From NCBI RefSeq assembly GCF_046119375.1, contig NW_027362764.1, positions 156,426,001 to 156,490,000 of the forward strand: a stretch of 64,000 bases of DNA, read 5' to 3'. This document shows, piece by piece, positions 25,101-38,150 of this stretch; positions within the stretch are counted from its first letter, which is position 1; every line of letters starts with the position of its first letter. This DNA comes from Phyllobates terribilis (Eukaryota). The position numbers and the translations under genes were made by a program. The notes under the pieces were generated by a model. It saw only the letters and a list, made by a program, of their open reading frames with translations, was not told the origin of the DNA and made no database searches.

Positions 25101-25446
25101 AGAGGGCGTGAGAGAGTCCAGGCAGAACATGAAAGAAGATGCTCTCAGAGTGCAGCATTCCCACCTGCAGAGTAATGGATTCGGTGATGAGTTGGATGGG
25201 ATGTGGTAAGAGACCCCCATCCACGGCAGCGACAGATAAGGGTACAGCCAGAGGTTTGGTGGGAATGCGGTATTTTTCTACCAGGGACTGAGAAATGAGA
25301 TTCCCGGCAGCTCCAGAGTCAAGTTGGGCTAGTTCAAAATAACGGTTCTCCCCGCAGATGATAGAGACCGACAGCAGCAGAGATGGAGAGGGTTAATTCT
25401 TGTCTAGGACGACCTCTCTGAGCGATCCTAGACACAGGCGTTTCCC
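22178..25446 (-). pseudogene. pol: Element B Pol with integrase-GPF/Y-chromodomain; one frameshift (~24650) and one stop (22586)
   Basis: YLDD; H..H/C..(S) zinc finger; DFIT, SDRG, VERIN; chromodomain EFEVENILA...LVDWKGFGPEERTWEP. Confidence 0.93.
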
Positions 25447-26325
25447 GACCTCTCCGGGCAGGTACGGATCCGGTGCTCCTTACTGCCACAGTAGAAGCAG
25501 CTCCCCTCAGCTCGGCGTAACTCTTGACGGGTTTTGACCATCTTGGTCTGGTCGACCTGCATAGGTTCGGGTGAGTGCGCCTGGGGAGTAGCGGGAGAAG
25601 AGACGGGTTTCTGAAAGGTAGGGGCTAGACGTGGAAACCTCCTCTCACGGGTGACCTCTTTGGCGCGCTCCTGGAACCGGATGTCAATCCGGGTGGCAAG
25701 AGTTATTAAGTCGTCGAGAGTGGTAGGAATGTCCCGACCGGCGAGTTCATCTTTAATACGGCCGGACAGACCCTCCCAAAAGACAGACACCAGGGCGTCA
25801 GGACAGCTCCGAAGCAAGGGTACGGAACCGTATGGCATATTGGCCCACGGTGAGATTTCCTTGATGGAGGCGTAGCAGAGATGATGCGGATGAGGTCTTC
25901 CGTCCGGGTTCGTCGAAGACTTTCCGGAAAGCCGTGAGAAAGGCTGGCAGGTCGGACACCAGGGGGTCTCCTCTCTCCCATAGAGGATTTAGCCAAGCCA
26001 GTGCCTTCCCCGTGAGATGGGACATAATGAAGGCTACTTTGGCCCGGTCAGAGATAAACTGGTGGGACAGGAGTTCAAACTGCAGGGTGCACTGGTTTAT
26101 GAAGCCCCGGGCTTGAGCGGGATCACCTCCGAAGCGAGGAGGTGCAGAAAGCCGGGGTCCGGGGCAGGATACCATGGTATTGGTGGGCAGCGGCGCTGCC
26201 GGGTTGCGAGTCATGACACTAGCGGTGGTTGCTGGTGGAGCAGTCAGAGTGTTCAGGCGAGAGTTGACATTCCGCAGGTGACTCAGGATGGACTCCTGTT
26301 GGGACCTCTGCCGGGACAGTTCATG
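25428..26325 (-). pseudogene. gag: Element B Gag, 5'-truncated and frameshifted
   Basis: APPRFGGDPAQARGFINQC; CFYCGSKEHRIRTC; GGGAAAC at 25446-25440. Confidence 0.9.
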
Positions 26326-26973
26326 ACAATGCCCCATCTCATGCTGCACATAACACATCTGCATCTCTGGCTGCTATGGGCATAAAAGGGGACAAACTTA
26401 TGGTGTGGCACCCATGCTCCCCTGACCTCAACCCCATTGAGAACCTCTGGAGCATCATCAAAAGGAGTGTCTATGATGGCGGGAGGCAGTTCACATCTAA
26501 GCAACAGCTCTGGGAGGGTATTCTGTCCTCATGCAAAACAATTAAAGCAGAAACCATCCAAAACCTGACAATTTCAATGGACGAGAGAGTTCAGAAGCTC
26601 CTTTCGAACAAGGGGTCCTATGTGCAAATGTAACATCACCTAGAATAAAGTTTTGAGTTGAAAACTGTTTGATTTCAGTTTGTAATAACCTGTTAATGCT
26701 TATAATTTCAAAAATGACCATTTTTTTGTTCTTTATTAAAATGAAAAGGTTGAAAACTCTGCTGTGCATAATAATTTGGAACATGCATTTTGAGTGCAGT
26801 TTGAGTTTTTTATTTTTTTAAAAATATACTGTTATCATAGGCAGTTTGTACAAAAACCTTTCAATTGTACTATAATAGTTATTTGACTGGAAAATTACAA
26901 TGACTGCAATTCATATAGGTAATTTGGGAAAATCTGAGAAAAAATTATTTGCATAATAATTTGGAACACAGTG
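26320..26973 (+). mobile_element. Tc1 transposon 3' half with IR/DR right end
   Basis: HDNAPSH...[30 protein letters not shown] occurs at ~26768 and in the terminus ...GGAACACAGTG. Confidence 0.88.
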
Positions 26974-26979
26974 TGTGTG

Positions 26980-27841
26980 TGTTGGAACCCAACATGGACA
27001 ATATCTATCGTACGTGTAATATGAATGACTGAACTCACAATTTGATCCACAAACCCTGTATAGCACTAAAGTTCATCAAAGGACGACATCAAAGAGATTG
27101 ACCATGTGCTGTGGAGTCATAAAACCTGTGAGGCAGGAAGACATTGTGTGTCCTGTGGTGTGGTGCCTTTTGTTCTAGTGATAGAGTAAAGAGAGCACCT
27201 ACATGGGAGATGGACATCTTGTCTGGCCTCTTCAAAGGTACATAACCCCTGTGGTGTTTGGATTACAAACCATTGTTCTTCAAGTTGACCTCTTATCTCC
27301 AAGCAAAATCCAGTTGAACCTGTCCTCGGGCCACTTGATACAAAGACCTTTTGGCTATATACCAGACGCCATCAGCAGGAAGATGAAGACCACTGCAATT
27401 ATGTATGACCTCTGATACTCTTACCCATTCTAAACCTAAGAGCGCTACCTTCAGAAGAGTGTCTGCATCAGCAGCCATGTGCATGTTTCTGGAGAACTTC
27501 AAAGACTGTGACCTGATTGGATGGTACCATTATTTGGAGGTGTTACAGGGATGGGCAATGTGTGGGCCATGTCTGACTGTGTAACTGATATAAAGGTAGC
27601 ACATCAAACTAGTTAGGCATTAGTATTCTTCTTATTATTCTTCTTCTGCTTCTTCCCTCTTCCCATCTTCTACCATCCTCTCCTTTTACCCTTTCCCTTA
27701 CATTGTTCCCTTGTCTTTTAGTTAGGTTTCCCTTATGGATGTTATTGTAAATATCCTATTTGTAATAAATCCCCTTTTAAAGATCCAGTAGATCTTGTTA
27801 ATTAATATTAACTGGCACCCCAAAACTCAGCAGATTCTACA
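26980..27841 (+). mobile_element. Solo LTR (862 bp)
   Basis: TG...CA ends, TATAAA ~27589, AATAAA ~27763, flanked by GTGTG on both sides (a TSD, but within a microsatellite). Confidence 0.7.
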
Positions 27842-27876
<35 letters not shown>

Positions 27877-27878
<2 letters not shown>

Positions 27879-28220
27879 GTACAGACCAAAAGTTTGAACA
27901 CACCTTCTCATTTAAAGATTTTTCTGTATTTTCATGGCTATGAAAATTGTACATTCACACTGAAGGCATCAAAACTATGAATTAACACTTGTGGAATTAT
28001 ATACTTAACAAAAAAGTGTGAAACAGCTGAAAATATGTCTTATATTCTAGGTTCTTCAAAGTAGCCACCTTTTCCTTTGATGACTGCTTTGCACACTCTT
28101 GGCATTCTCTTGATGAGCTTCAAGAGGTAGTCACCGGAAATGTTTTTCACTTCACAGGTGTGCCCTGTCAGGTTTATTAAGTGGGATTTCTTGTCTTATA
28201 AATGGGGTTGGGACCATGAA
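27877..28220 (+). mobile_element. Tc1 left-end fragment
   Basis: TA|C(C)GTACAGACCAAAAGTTTG terminus, similar to 34885. Confidence 0.75.
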
Positions 28221-28399
28221 TCCAACGATGTATCACTTCCTTTACTGGGTGCAGTAATTGTGACACAATCTTAAATGTAATATGAAGCAGAGCTGAGAAA
28301 GCTAACCCCAACCACACCAGGTTCTATATGTACAGTGGTGGCCAAAAGTATTGGCACCCCTGCAATTCTGTCAGATAATACTCAGTTTCTTCCTGAGTA

Positions 28400-29725
28400 G
28401 GGGCACATGACAGCTGTACAGATCAGCTGTCAGGAGGAATTTTGGTCCACTCCTCTTTGCAGATCATCTCTAAATCATTCAGATTTTGAGGCTGTCGCTT
28501 GGCAACTCGGAGCTTCAACTCCTTCCATAAATTTTCTATGGGATTAAGGTCTAGAGACTGGCTAGGCCACTCCATGACCTTAATCTGCTTCTTTTTGAGC
28601 CACTCCTTTGTTTTCTTGGCTGTATGTTTTGGGTCATTGTCTTGCTGGAAGACCCAGCCACGACCCATTTTTAATGTCCTGGTGGAGGGAAGGAGGTGGT
28701 CACTCAGGATTTTATGGTACATGGCTCCATCCATTCTCTCATTGATGTGGTGAAGTCGTCCTGAGTGTTTAGCAGAGAAACACCCCCAAATCATAATGTT
28801 TCCACCTCCATGCTTGACAGTGGGGATGGTGTTCTTTGGGTCATAGGCAGCATTTCACTTCCTCCAAACACGGCGAGTTGAGTTAATGCCAAAGAGCTCA
28901 ATTTTTGTCTCATTTGACCACAGCACCCTCTCCCAATAACTCACAGAATCATCCAGGTGTTCATTGGCAAACTTCAGACGGGCCTGCACATGTGCCTTCT
29001 TGAGCAGGAGGACCTTGTGGGCACTGCAGGATGTTAAACCTTTAAGAAGTAATGTGTTACCAATGGTTTTCTTGGTGACTGTGGTCCCAGCTGCCTTGAG
29101 ATCATTAACAAGTTCCACCTGTGTAGTTTTAGGCTGATCTCTCACCTTCCTCATGATCAAGGATACCCCACGAGGTGAGATTTTGCATGGTGCCCCAGAT
29201 CGATGTCGATTGACAGTCATTTTGTATTTCTTCCATTTTCTTACTATTGCACCAACAGTTGTCTCCTTCTCACCCAGCGTCTTACTTATGGTTTTGTAGC
29301 CCATTCCAGCTTTGTGCAGGTCTATGATCTTGTCCCTGACATCCTTAGAAAGCTCTTTGGTCTTGCCCATGTTGTAGAGGTTAGAGTCTGACTGATTAAT
29401 TGAGTCTGTGGACAGGAGTCTTTTATACAGGTGACTATGTAAGACAGCTGTCTTTAATGCAGGTAACGAGTTGATTAGGAGCGTCTAACTGGTCTGTAGG
29501 AGCCAGAACTCATAATGGTTTGTAGGGGATCAAATACTTATTTCTCACTGCAAAATGCAAATAAATGTATCTAATTAATACAATGTGATTTTCTTGATTT
29601 TTTTTGGATATTCTATCTCTCAATGTTAAAATTAACCTACCCTTAAAATTATAGACTGTTCATGTCTTTGTCAGTGGGCAAACTTACAAAAACAGCAAGG
29701 GATCAAATAATTATTTCCTTCACTG
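28400..29725 (-). mobile_element. Tc1 transposon, C-terminally truncated
   Basis: Terminus CAGTG|TA at 29725 with an inner direct repeat at ~29530; transposase ORFs. Confidence 0.92.
28423..29370 (-). pseudogene. Tc1 DD34E transposase (two pieces)
   Basis: [15 protein letters not shown]...GAPCKI; WSNETK; QQDNDPKHT; [15 protein letters not shown]. Confidence 0.93.
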
Positions 29726-29754
29726 TATATTGCTTACTTATTATTAATATTCTA

Positions 29755-30036
29755 TTATATTAGCAAATACCTCCAATTAGAAATGTAGTATAGTTCTTCT
29801 GATTCACTATGTCGCTTACCCATTCGCAGGGCATTACAGCAGACTAGGCATCCATTGTTACATCCACTCATATAGTGACAGTTAGTTAGTTGTTTTAAGC
29901 TATTGCAATGCCCTGCACATGGACATAACGAATCAGAAGAACTACACTACATTTCTCATTGGAGGTATTTGCTAATATTATTATTACACCTACTACATAT
30001 TGGGATAAGATCTTGAAGATGGGAATACCCCTTTAA
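29755..30036. mobile_element. Palindromic Kolobok/T2-type MITE remnant
   Basis: ATTAGCAAATACCTCCAAT...ATTGGAGGTATTTGCTAAT inverted arms; ends GGGAATACCCCT|TTAA. Confidence 0.65.
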
Positions 30037-30382
30037 GTTACCTTTCTAGTGTTAAATCTTTTTAACATACAGCATCCTAAAATATGTGTTGCAAATTGTT
30101 ATTCATCAAACCTCCTATTTATCACAATATTGTCCTGCAAAATGGTTCCAGTCATTATGTATGATTGTAATAATCAACTGCAGCATCACCTCTGACCCAG
30201 ATAGAGTGAAATAACATAAAAGTCAAACAGTTCATGGTCAGAATCAGAGAACTAGTCTTTACGGCAGAATCAGAAACAAGTTATTGGATGGCCAGGTCTG
30301 AGTCCAGAAGGTCAGCCACAATAAACCCCCAGAGAGTGGTCCATCGTCCAACAGTCATGGGCATCCAAGAGTAAATCTAGAT

Positions 30383-31243
30383 CAGGGATGTCAAACTTAA
30401 ACACACAGAGGGTCAAAATGAAAAGCTTGGACAAAGTAGTGGGCCAACCAGTATACAGTATAATGCGCCTCACATAGTCCTCCATACAGAATAATGGGCC
30501 TCACATAGTCTTCCATACAGAATAATGGGCCCTCCATAGTCTTCCATACAGAATAATAGGCCCCACATAGTTCTCCATACAGTATAATGGGCCCAACATA
30601 ATACTCCATACAGAATAATGGGCCCCACATAGTCCTCCATACAGAAATAATGAGTCCAACATAGTCCTCCATACAGAAATAATGGGAACAACATTATCCT
30701 CCATACATAATAATGGGCCCCACATAGTCCTCCATACAGCATAACGGGCCTCACATAGTCCTTCATACAGAATAATGGCCCCCCTATAGTCCTCCATACA
30801 GAATAATAGGCCCCACATAGTTCTCCATACAGTATAATGGGCCCTACATAGTACTCCATACAGAATAATGGACCCCACATAGTCCTCCATACAGAAATAG
30901 TGGGCCCACACAGTCCTTCATACAGAATAATGGGTCCCACATAGTCCTCCATACAGAATAATGGGTCCCACATAGTCCTCCGTACAGAAATAATGGGTCC
31001 CACATAGTTCTCCATACAGTATAATGGGCCCTACATAGTACTCCATACAAAATAATGGGCTGCACATTGTTCTCCATACAGTATAATGGGCCTCACATAG
31101 TGCTCCATACAGTATAATGGCCCCACATAGTGCTCCATACAGTATAATGGCCCCACATAGGGGTGGCAGTTCTGGTGTCGGGGGCCAAATATAACCACCC
31201 TGAGGGCCAGATTTGGCCCACGGGCCGGAGTTTGACATGTGTA
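30383..31243. mobile_element. hAT (Charlie-type) MITE with perfect 8-bp TSD
   Basis: ATCTAGAT at 30375-30382 and 31244-31251; TIR core ATGTCAAACT / AGTTTGACAT. Confidence 0.9.
30455..31160. repeat. 29-30-bp minisatellite inside the hAT MITE (about 24 copies)
   Basis: CACATAGTCCTCCATACAGAATAATGGGCC unit. Confidence 0.92.
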
Positions 31244-33026
31244 ATCTAGATGAATAGTCAAAGTTGGAGCAAAACACAAATATGACAATCCAATATGTGC
31301 ACCATGATAGTATAGGAATACAATAGTTGGCATAGAGAAACAAACTAAGGGAAGCTAAATAAGGTGCCGGGTTACCAAACCCACTCTGCTATTGCTCTGT
31401 TATATGGCTTTCCTGATGGGACAGTTAAGTAGACCTTATCACTGGCCACAAACACTGTCAGTAAGGCCAGTTTCACACATTCATATTTCACAGTCAGAGT
31501 ATGGACCACCATGTCCGGACCTGCTGTGGGTCTCCTGATCTAATTCTACAGTCTCATGTATGCCTACATGGCTGATGAGGTTGGGTCAGGAGATCACTGG
31601 CTGGTTTGGACATCGCAGTCCATATTTTAACCGTGAAACATAAATGTGTGAAAGGGTCACATTTCACATGTGACACCCTGCAGTTCTGCTAGCACCACCA
31701 CGAAGACTAAAGCAGCGGTGCCTGACAGAGATAACCCGCGATGGAGTGAGGCTAGGTGAGTCTGTAACACTTTGTCTATTTTAATAATGCTCTGTAGGTA
31801 TCAGGGTCAGAGAGCTCTAGTGATATCTATATGATATGTCAGGCTGTTATTTTCAGTGAAATTACCCTTTAATATTTAAATATCTCAGTCCTTGTGCGAT
31901 TAAATTTGACATCTATTTCTCTACTGAAGGTACATTGCTTATTCCCAGAATGCAGTTTGTTCCTTTTTTTTTTTAAATATATATACCGTATGTAGTTTTC
32001 CCCATAATTGCATAAAAGAGTTCTGGTAGTGAGATCTGCTCAATATAATTTGTCGAAATATTGAGTATCATGACTGGGTACATTAAGCAATGCATAAATA
32101 ACAGGAAAATAAGGACTTGAAAATGTCCTTTTCTGTAAGGAAGAGAGGAAGTGATGCTGTAGAAGACATCACTGTGAAACAACAAGTGAAAGAGGGAAGT
32201 ATGGAGCAACGGTGACTGCTGATTGTGAGAGAATGCACAGAAACGAATCAAATCCATACTGATCTATAGGAAAATCAGACGGATCAAGTGTGGAAGTCAG
32301 AAGCTTAATGTGCTGGACACAAGAAGCTTCCAGTGCTCAGTGGAATGTGCCTGTTCCCTGAGCCCATTTTAAGAAAGGTCTGCCAGATAGGATTAAGGAT
32401 GAGTTAACCTGAACTGACCTACTAGAAGCACTAGATTATTTTCACATAAGACTGTATTTATACCAACCTTGGCCTCCCTAATCGGTAAAATAGTTCCACC
32501 ATTTACAAACTCAGCATCAACACAGCTAATCTCATAGGAACAGAATTGTGTTGCCTAGAATCTGCAACCTTATAATCATGTTTGGCAGATTCTGTATGTC
32601 CCTGTCTGCTTTGTATGGGATTACACTTCCAGGACTCGTGATTTTTCAGGTCATGACTCTCTCTCTGCAACATGGCTTTATAGGATGTTATATATAATAT
32701 ATATAATATATACTGAATATATATTTATATATGTTTACGGTATATATAAATATATATGCGGCTATTTCACATCCATACTAAGAGAAGGGAGAATATAATT
32801 ATACCAAGTATCACAAGTGGTACATGAATTTATAATAGGCCATAAGCACAGAGAACCAGAACATGAATATTCTTACGGAATTATTTAAATGAATAAATAC
32901 CTGCGTTAATTCATCTTTCTCAATTTATATTGAATAATCAATTTAATTGATATCTTTATCCATTTTGCCAAGCGCAGGAAACAGTTGTTCACATCAGCCT
33001 CTGACCCTTTTCTACAACTAAATTAA

Positions 33027-34201
33027 CCCCTTCACGACATATGAAGTACAGTTACATTGTATATAGTGTCCCTGCCTTTGATTTAGGCTCCCAAGTCAAG
33101 CCCGCATATTTCCTGGCAGATGATGGCTCATTTATTCAGCCATCATCTGTCTCTAACAGCAGTGGGTGGAGCAGAGCTCCAGCCTCAACTGTTAACATGT
33201 TAAATGATGTTGCAAATCTCTGACAGTGGCATTTAACATGCGCCAACAGGGGACGTGTCTGTGACGTGATGGCGAGGCGCCGAGGGGTTGTCATGACAGC
33301 CTGCTGAAGACCCCCCTGCCTGTCATTACTATACTCCTGTGAAAACCAGTATTTGGCTGGCGTTCATAAGAGAGTGTGATTTTACCTATACATTGCAGTG
33401 GGGATGATCGTACCTTCAAGTCCCCTAAGGGGACTAAGAAGCACAGCAAAAAGTGATAAAAAAATGTTTTTAAAAATATGAACAAAAAAGTAGAAAAGTT
33501 CAAATCACCCCCTTTTTCCCTATAAAAAAAAACAACAACAACAAAAAATACACATATTTGGTATTACCATGTTTAGAAAAGTCCAATCTATCAAAATATA
33601 AAATACCTTAATCTGACTGGTAAATGGTATAACGAGAAAAAAATCTAAATGCCAGAACTAGCTTTTTGGCAACATTACAATTAAATGCCATAAGAGGTGA
33701 TCAAAATAACATATCTCCCCCAAAATGGTACCAGTAAAAATGTCAGCCCTCAAACAGCCCTTTATTCCCAAAAATTTAAAACGTTATGGGTCTCATAAAA
33801 TGGCAACAAAAGCAAAAAAATGTTTTCTTTACAAATTTATTTTCACCACTTACATAAAAAACTTTATATGTTTGGTATCTGCATAATCATACTGACTCTG
33901 AGAATCATTTTGCTAGGCCAGTTTTTCCGTATAGTGAACATGGTAAATAAAAAAAAACAAAAACCATTGTGGAATTGTACTTTTTTTTGCAATTTTAACG
34001 CACTTGGAGCTTTTCCCCACTTTCCTGTGCATCCTATGGTAAAATGAATGATGTCATTCAAAAGTATAACTTGTCCCGCAAAAAACAAGCCCTCATACGG
34101 CTATGTGGACCGAAAAATAAAAAGTGTATGGCTCATGGAAGAAGGGGAGGAAAAAATTAAAACGAAAAAGCAAATCGGAAAATAGCCCTGCCATGAAAGG
34201 G
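33027..34201. mobile_element. Non-autonomous piggyBac-type element
   Basis: TTAA|CCCCTTCACGAC ... CATGAAAGGG|TTAA. Confidence 0.8.
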
Positions 34202-34884
34202 TTAATACCTGTATGACATATGCATGCTCAGAAAGACACACAAACTTTATCAAATTTCCAGGAAGCCAATTAATTTGACCCCTTAAAGGAACACTGAATG
34301 CAAATATGTTTAATATTTAAATTAAATACAAAATAAATTTCCCCTCCTTTTTATTAGTTTGCAGCTTTCTTTGCATGATCCTGAGACAGTTGAGTAGAAA
34401 TCCTGCAGAGAACATGGGAATTAATGTCCACCTGATCTGTTCCACCTCCAGCTGGAGACTGACTGAAGCCACACCTTATTATTTAAGAGGCAGGGCTATG
34501 TAATCCCTTAACTACTGTAATAAAAATAGCATGGCCTGTATATTATGTAAGAATCGATAAATATTAGAAATTGACTGCATTATTTAATGGGGTTGCTTGA
34601 AATGAGGAAGAAAGCAGCGCCCTCCTTGTCCATTGGCTGTGTCTGGTATTGCAACTTATCCACCATTCAAGTTAAAATAGTAAACACTTGTTGGGGTGGA
34701 TGGTATCATCTAATTTATTGTATAATATGGTCCATGTAGTTAAATATATCTATGTGTCAAAATATATTATTATAATTGATGGTTTGCAAACTGGGATTTA
34801 TATATGTGTATATCAATGTGGCAATCAAATCTAGGCTGCGAGGCTGTTGTGTCATCTTTTTGTAATAATTATTTTTTTATAAAA

Positions 34885-36313
34885 TACCAGTCAAAAGTTT
34901 GGACACAACTGTTCAATGGTTTTCCTTGTTCTTATTGAAATGTGCACATGGTAGATTCAAACTGAAGGCAGCAAAACCAAAATGGAACACATATGGAAAA
35001 AAGAAGTAAAGAAACACATGTGAAACAAACTAGAATACAGTATGTGTTAAACCTTAGATTCTTCAAAATATCCTCCTTTTACTCTGAGTATAGCTTTACA
35101 CCCCCTTGGCATTCTTTCAAGAAGCTTCATCAAATAGTCACATTAAAAGTCTTCCAATCAACAGGTTTGAGAGGCGTAGTCTGCTGCGGGTCTTGACCGG
35201 CGCAGGACTAGGCCACAGGTCTTGACAGGCGTAGTTTGACTCGTGGGTCTCAACCGTTGTTGTCTGGGTCCCGTTCACTGGTGCGTGACTCCCCCGGGCC
35301 CGTATTGGTGACTCGGCTGCTGCATTCCTCTCAGCCATGTCCTTCTGGTCTCACTTATTGGCGCCAAACTGGCTCTCGCCTTATCACTCCTGTCTTTTAT
35401 ATCTGAGAGCTAGGTCGCAGATGTAACCTGACCCAGTGCTCCCTTTGGACTCGTCCTTCCCAAAACACTTTCTCTTTCTTCTAGTTCCACAGGGTTCCCT
35501 TTGAGCAGTGCGTGGCAGTCTCCAATCAGAAATGGTGCACACCACTGGGGAATCTCTTCTTCCCTTGTACAATCTCTTACAGAATCACCCGCCTTCAGAA
35601 TGTGTTTGCGATCATCAGGTGTGTTTGACAGAAACAGTATTGGTACACAGTTCCATAGAGTGCTGAGCCCTATTCCACAACTGTTGTAAGCCAAAATATG
35701 GCAAGAATCACTCAACTACATGAAGAGAAACAATAGTCTATCATGACTTTAAGACATGAAGATCAATCATTCTGTACAATTGATACAACCTTGAAGTTAT
35801 CCTCAAGTGCAGTCATGAAAATCATCAATTGCTATGATGAAAGTGACTTTCATGAGGATAACTCCATGAAAAGAAGACCAAGAAATAGCCCTGCTGCAGA
35901 GGATAAGTTTATTGGAGTTACCAGCATTAGAAACTGCAAATTGACAGTACCTCGGATAATAGATCTCATTAATGATGCATAGACATAAAGTAGCAAACAC
36001 ATCTCGACATCAATTGTCCAGAGGAGACTACGAGAAACAGGACTTTATTGTCGAATTGCTACAAAGAAGCCACTACTGAGGGACACAGTCAAGAATAAGA
36101 GACTTGTTTGGGCCAAGCAACACAAGGACTGGACATTATATCAGTGGAAATCTGTACTGTGGTCTGATGAGTCAAAATTTCAGATTTTTAGTACCAATCA
36201 TCATGTCTTTGTGAAACGCAGAAAAGGTGAGCTGATTTCTACATATGTTGTACCCATAGAGTGGCAGGTATGATGGCTTGGGTTGCTTTGCTGGTGACAC
36301 TGTTGGTGATTTA
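34885..36313 (+). mobile_element. Tc1 transposon 5' part, interrupted by an LTR fragment and a hAT element
   Basis: TACCAGTCAAAAGTTTGGACAC end; decayed transposase from ATG 35698 with KKPLL and LWSDESKF. Confidence 0.85.
35160..35581 (-). mobile_element. Probable LTR fragment inserted in Tc1
   Basis: GC-richer insert; the minus strand begins TGTAAG at 35581 and has TATAAAAG at ~35402. Confidence 0.45.
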
Positions 36314-38150
36314 TAGTGATGGGTGAATTCATGGATGTTCGGGTCCGGCGAGTTCAGCCAAGCATTTAAAAAAAGTTTGGTTTGGGAACCAGAACAGTAC
36401 CCGAACTTGAACCTGAACCCGGACTCCATTCAAGTGACTGGGGGGCCCGAACATCTGGTGTTTCCCACACTGTCATTTGTGTGACAGCGTGAGAAATACC
36501 GGCTCTGATCGGCGGTAAGCTCACTACCGCCGGTCAGAGCGCTGCGATTCACACACTGTCATACAGAAGACAGCATGTTAGCCAGCAGCCGCTGTGACCA
36601 GCGGTAAAAAGGTTACCGCTGGTCACAGGCGTCAGCTGATGAGAGAATACTACTCTCATCAGCGTATGCCTGGTCTCGCTGATAGCAGTGAGAGCAGGCA
36701 AGGCTGTTGAGAGTATTCATCAGCAGGCACCTGTGCCATAAATAAATAAATTTTAAAAAATGATGCGCAGTCTCCTCTATTCTTGAGAACTAGCTCAGGT
36801 AAAGCTGACAGCTGTGAGCTGCAGCCCCCAGCTGTCAGCTTCATATTGGCTGGTTATGAAAAATAGAGGTGTCCCACACCGTATTTTTAAATTATTTAAA
36901 AAATTAATTTAAAACAATGGTGTGGGTTCCCCCAAATTTTTCATAACCAGCCAAGCTCAAGTAGACAGCTGGGGGCTGGTATTCTCAGACAGGGAAGGGG
37001 CCATGGATATTGGCCCTCCACAGCCTGAAAATAGCAACCATTGTTTTCATTCTTTTTTATTTATTAACAAATACAGTAAAATACACACCCAAGGTAACCT
37101 TAGCTCACAGCCTCCAGGTGTTCCAGCAGCTGGAAACTCTAATAATCTTAAAATGCCCCTCAAAGTTTCCCATAAGGTTTCTGGGCCTCGCAGCTGCCGG
37201 AAAACTCAGTGGCTGTGAACTCTGGTAACCTTAAAGGTTACCTGAATTCACAGCCACCGGGTATCACTGTAGCTCGAGTGCCGGACTGATGAATGATGGA
37301 GTGCTGAGTGCCATACTTGCTGTCTTCCATCAGTCCGGCACTGGCACTTGCAAAGCAAGAGAAACAGTTGCTTTGAACTCAGGTGACTTTACTGTATTTG
37401 TTAATAAATTAAAAAAAATGAAAAAAACGGCGTGCGGTCCCCTGTAATTTTCATGAACAACTGAGGGAATGCTAACAGCTGTAGGCTGATGTTAATATTC
37501 TGTGAATGGGCCAATAGTCCGAAAAGTTCCCAGGCTAATACTATCAGCCCACAGCTGTTTGCTTAACCTTTACTGGTTATTATAGCGGGGACCCACCACA
37601 AAAAATGACGTGGGGTCCCCGCTATATTCAATAACTAGCAAAGGGTAAACAGACAGCTGCTGATATTAATAGCCTACGAAAGGGCCATGGATATTGACCC
37701 CCTCCCAGACTAAAAACATCACCCCTAAGCCACCCCAGAAGTGGCGCATAAATTAGATGCACCAATTCTGGCACTTAGCCTCGCTCTTCCCACTTGCCCT
37801 GGTATGGTGGCAAGTGGTGTAATATTTGTGGGGTTGATGTCAGCTTTGTAATGTCAGCTGACATCAAGCCCACAGGTTAGTAATTGAGAGGCTTCTATAA
37901 GACTTCCCCATTACTAACCATAATGAAAATTAAATAAAGACACACTGAAAAAGTCCTTTAATTGAAATAAACACAGAGACTCCTTTATTGGAAATAAAAA
38001 CTCCCCACCCTCTTTCATCTGTTTATTAATTTAGAATAAAAAATAATAAAAAAAACATATTCCTCACCTTTCCACCAATTGATAATCCATTAATGGCAGA
38101 GTGTGAGAAGTGCTACCTGCCTGTGACCGGCGGCAGTCGGCCCTCACTAT
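36314..38150 (+). mobile_element. Non-coding hAT-type element, left end and internal inverted repeats
   Basis: TAGTGATGGGTGAA terminus with CCGAAC subterminal motifs; right end not found. Confidence 0.55.

Larger units (their letters stand above)
20948..26325 (-). mobile_element. Tf1/sushi chromovirus element B, lacking its 5' LTR, inserted antisense into element A
   Basis: 3' LTR, PPT, chromodomain, IN, RH, RT, PR and gag on the minus strand; gag is fused to Tc1 sequence at ~26325. Confidence 0.93.

Noticed and set aside
30397-31343. Multiple hydrophobic ORFs (MEDYVGPIIL repeats)
   Set aside because: Translations of the 29-30-bp minisatellite in several frames.
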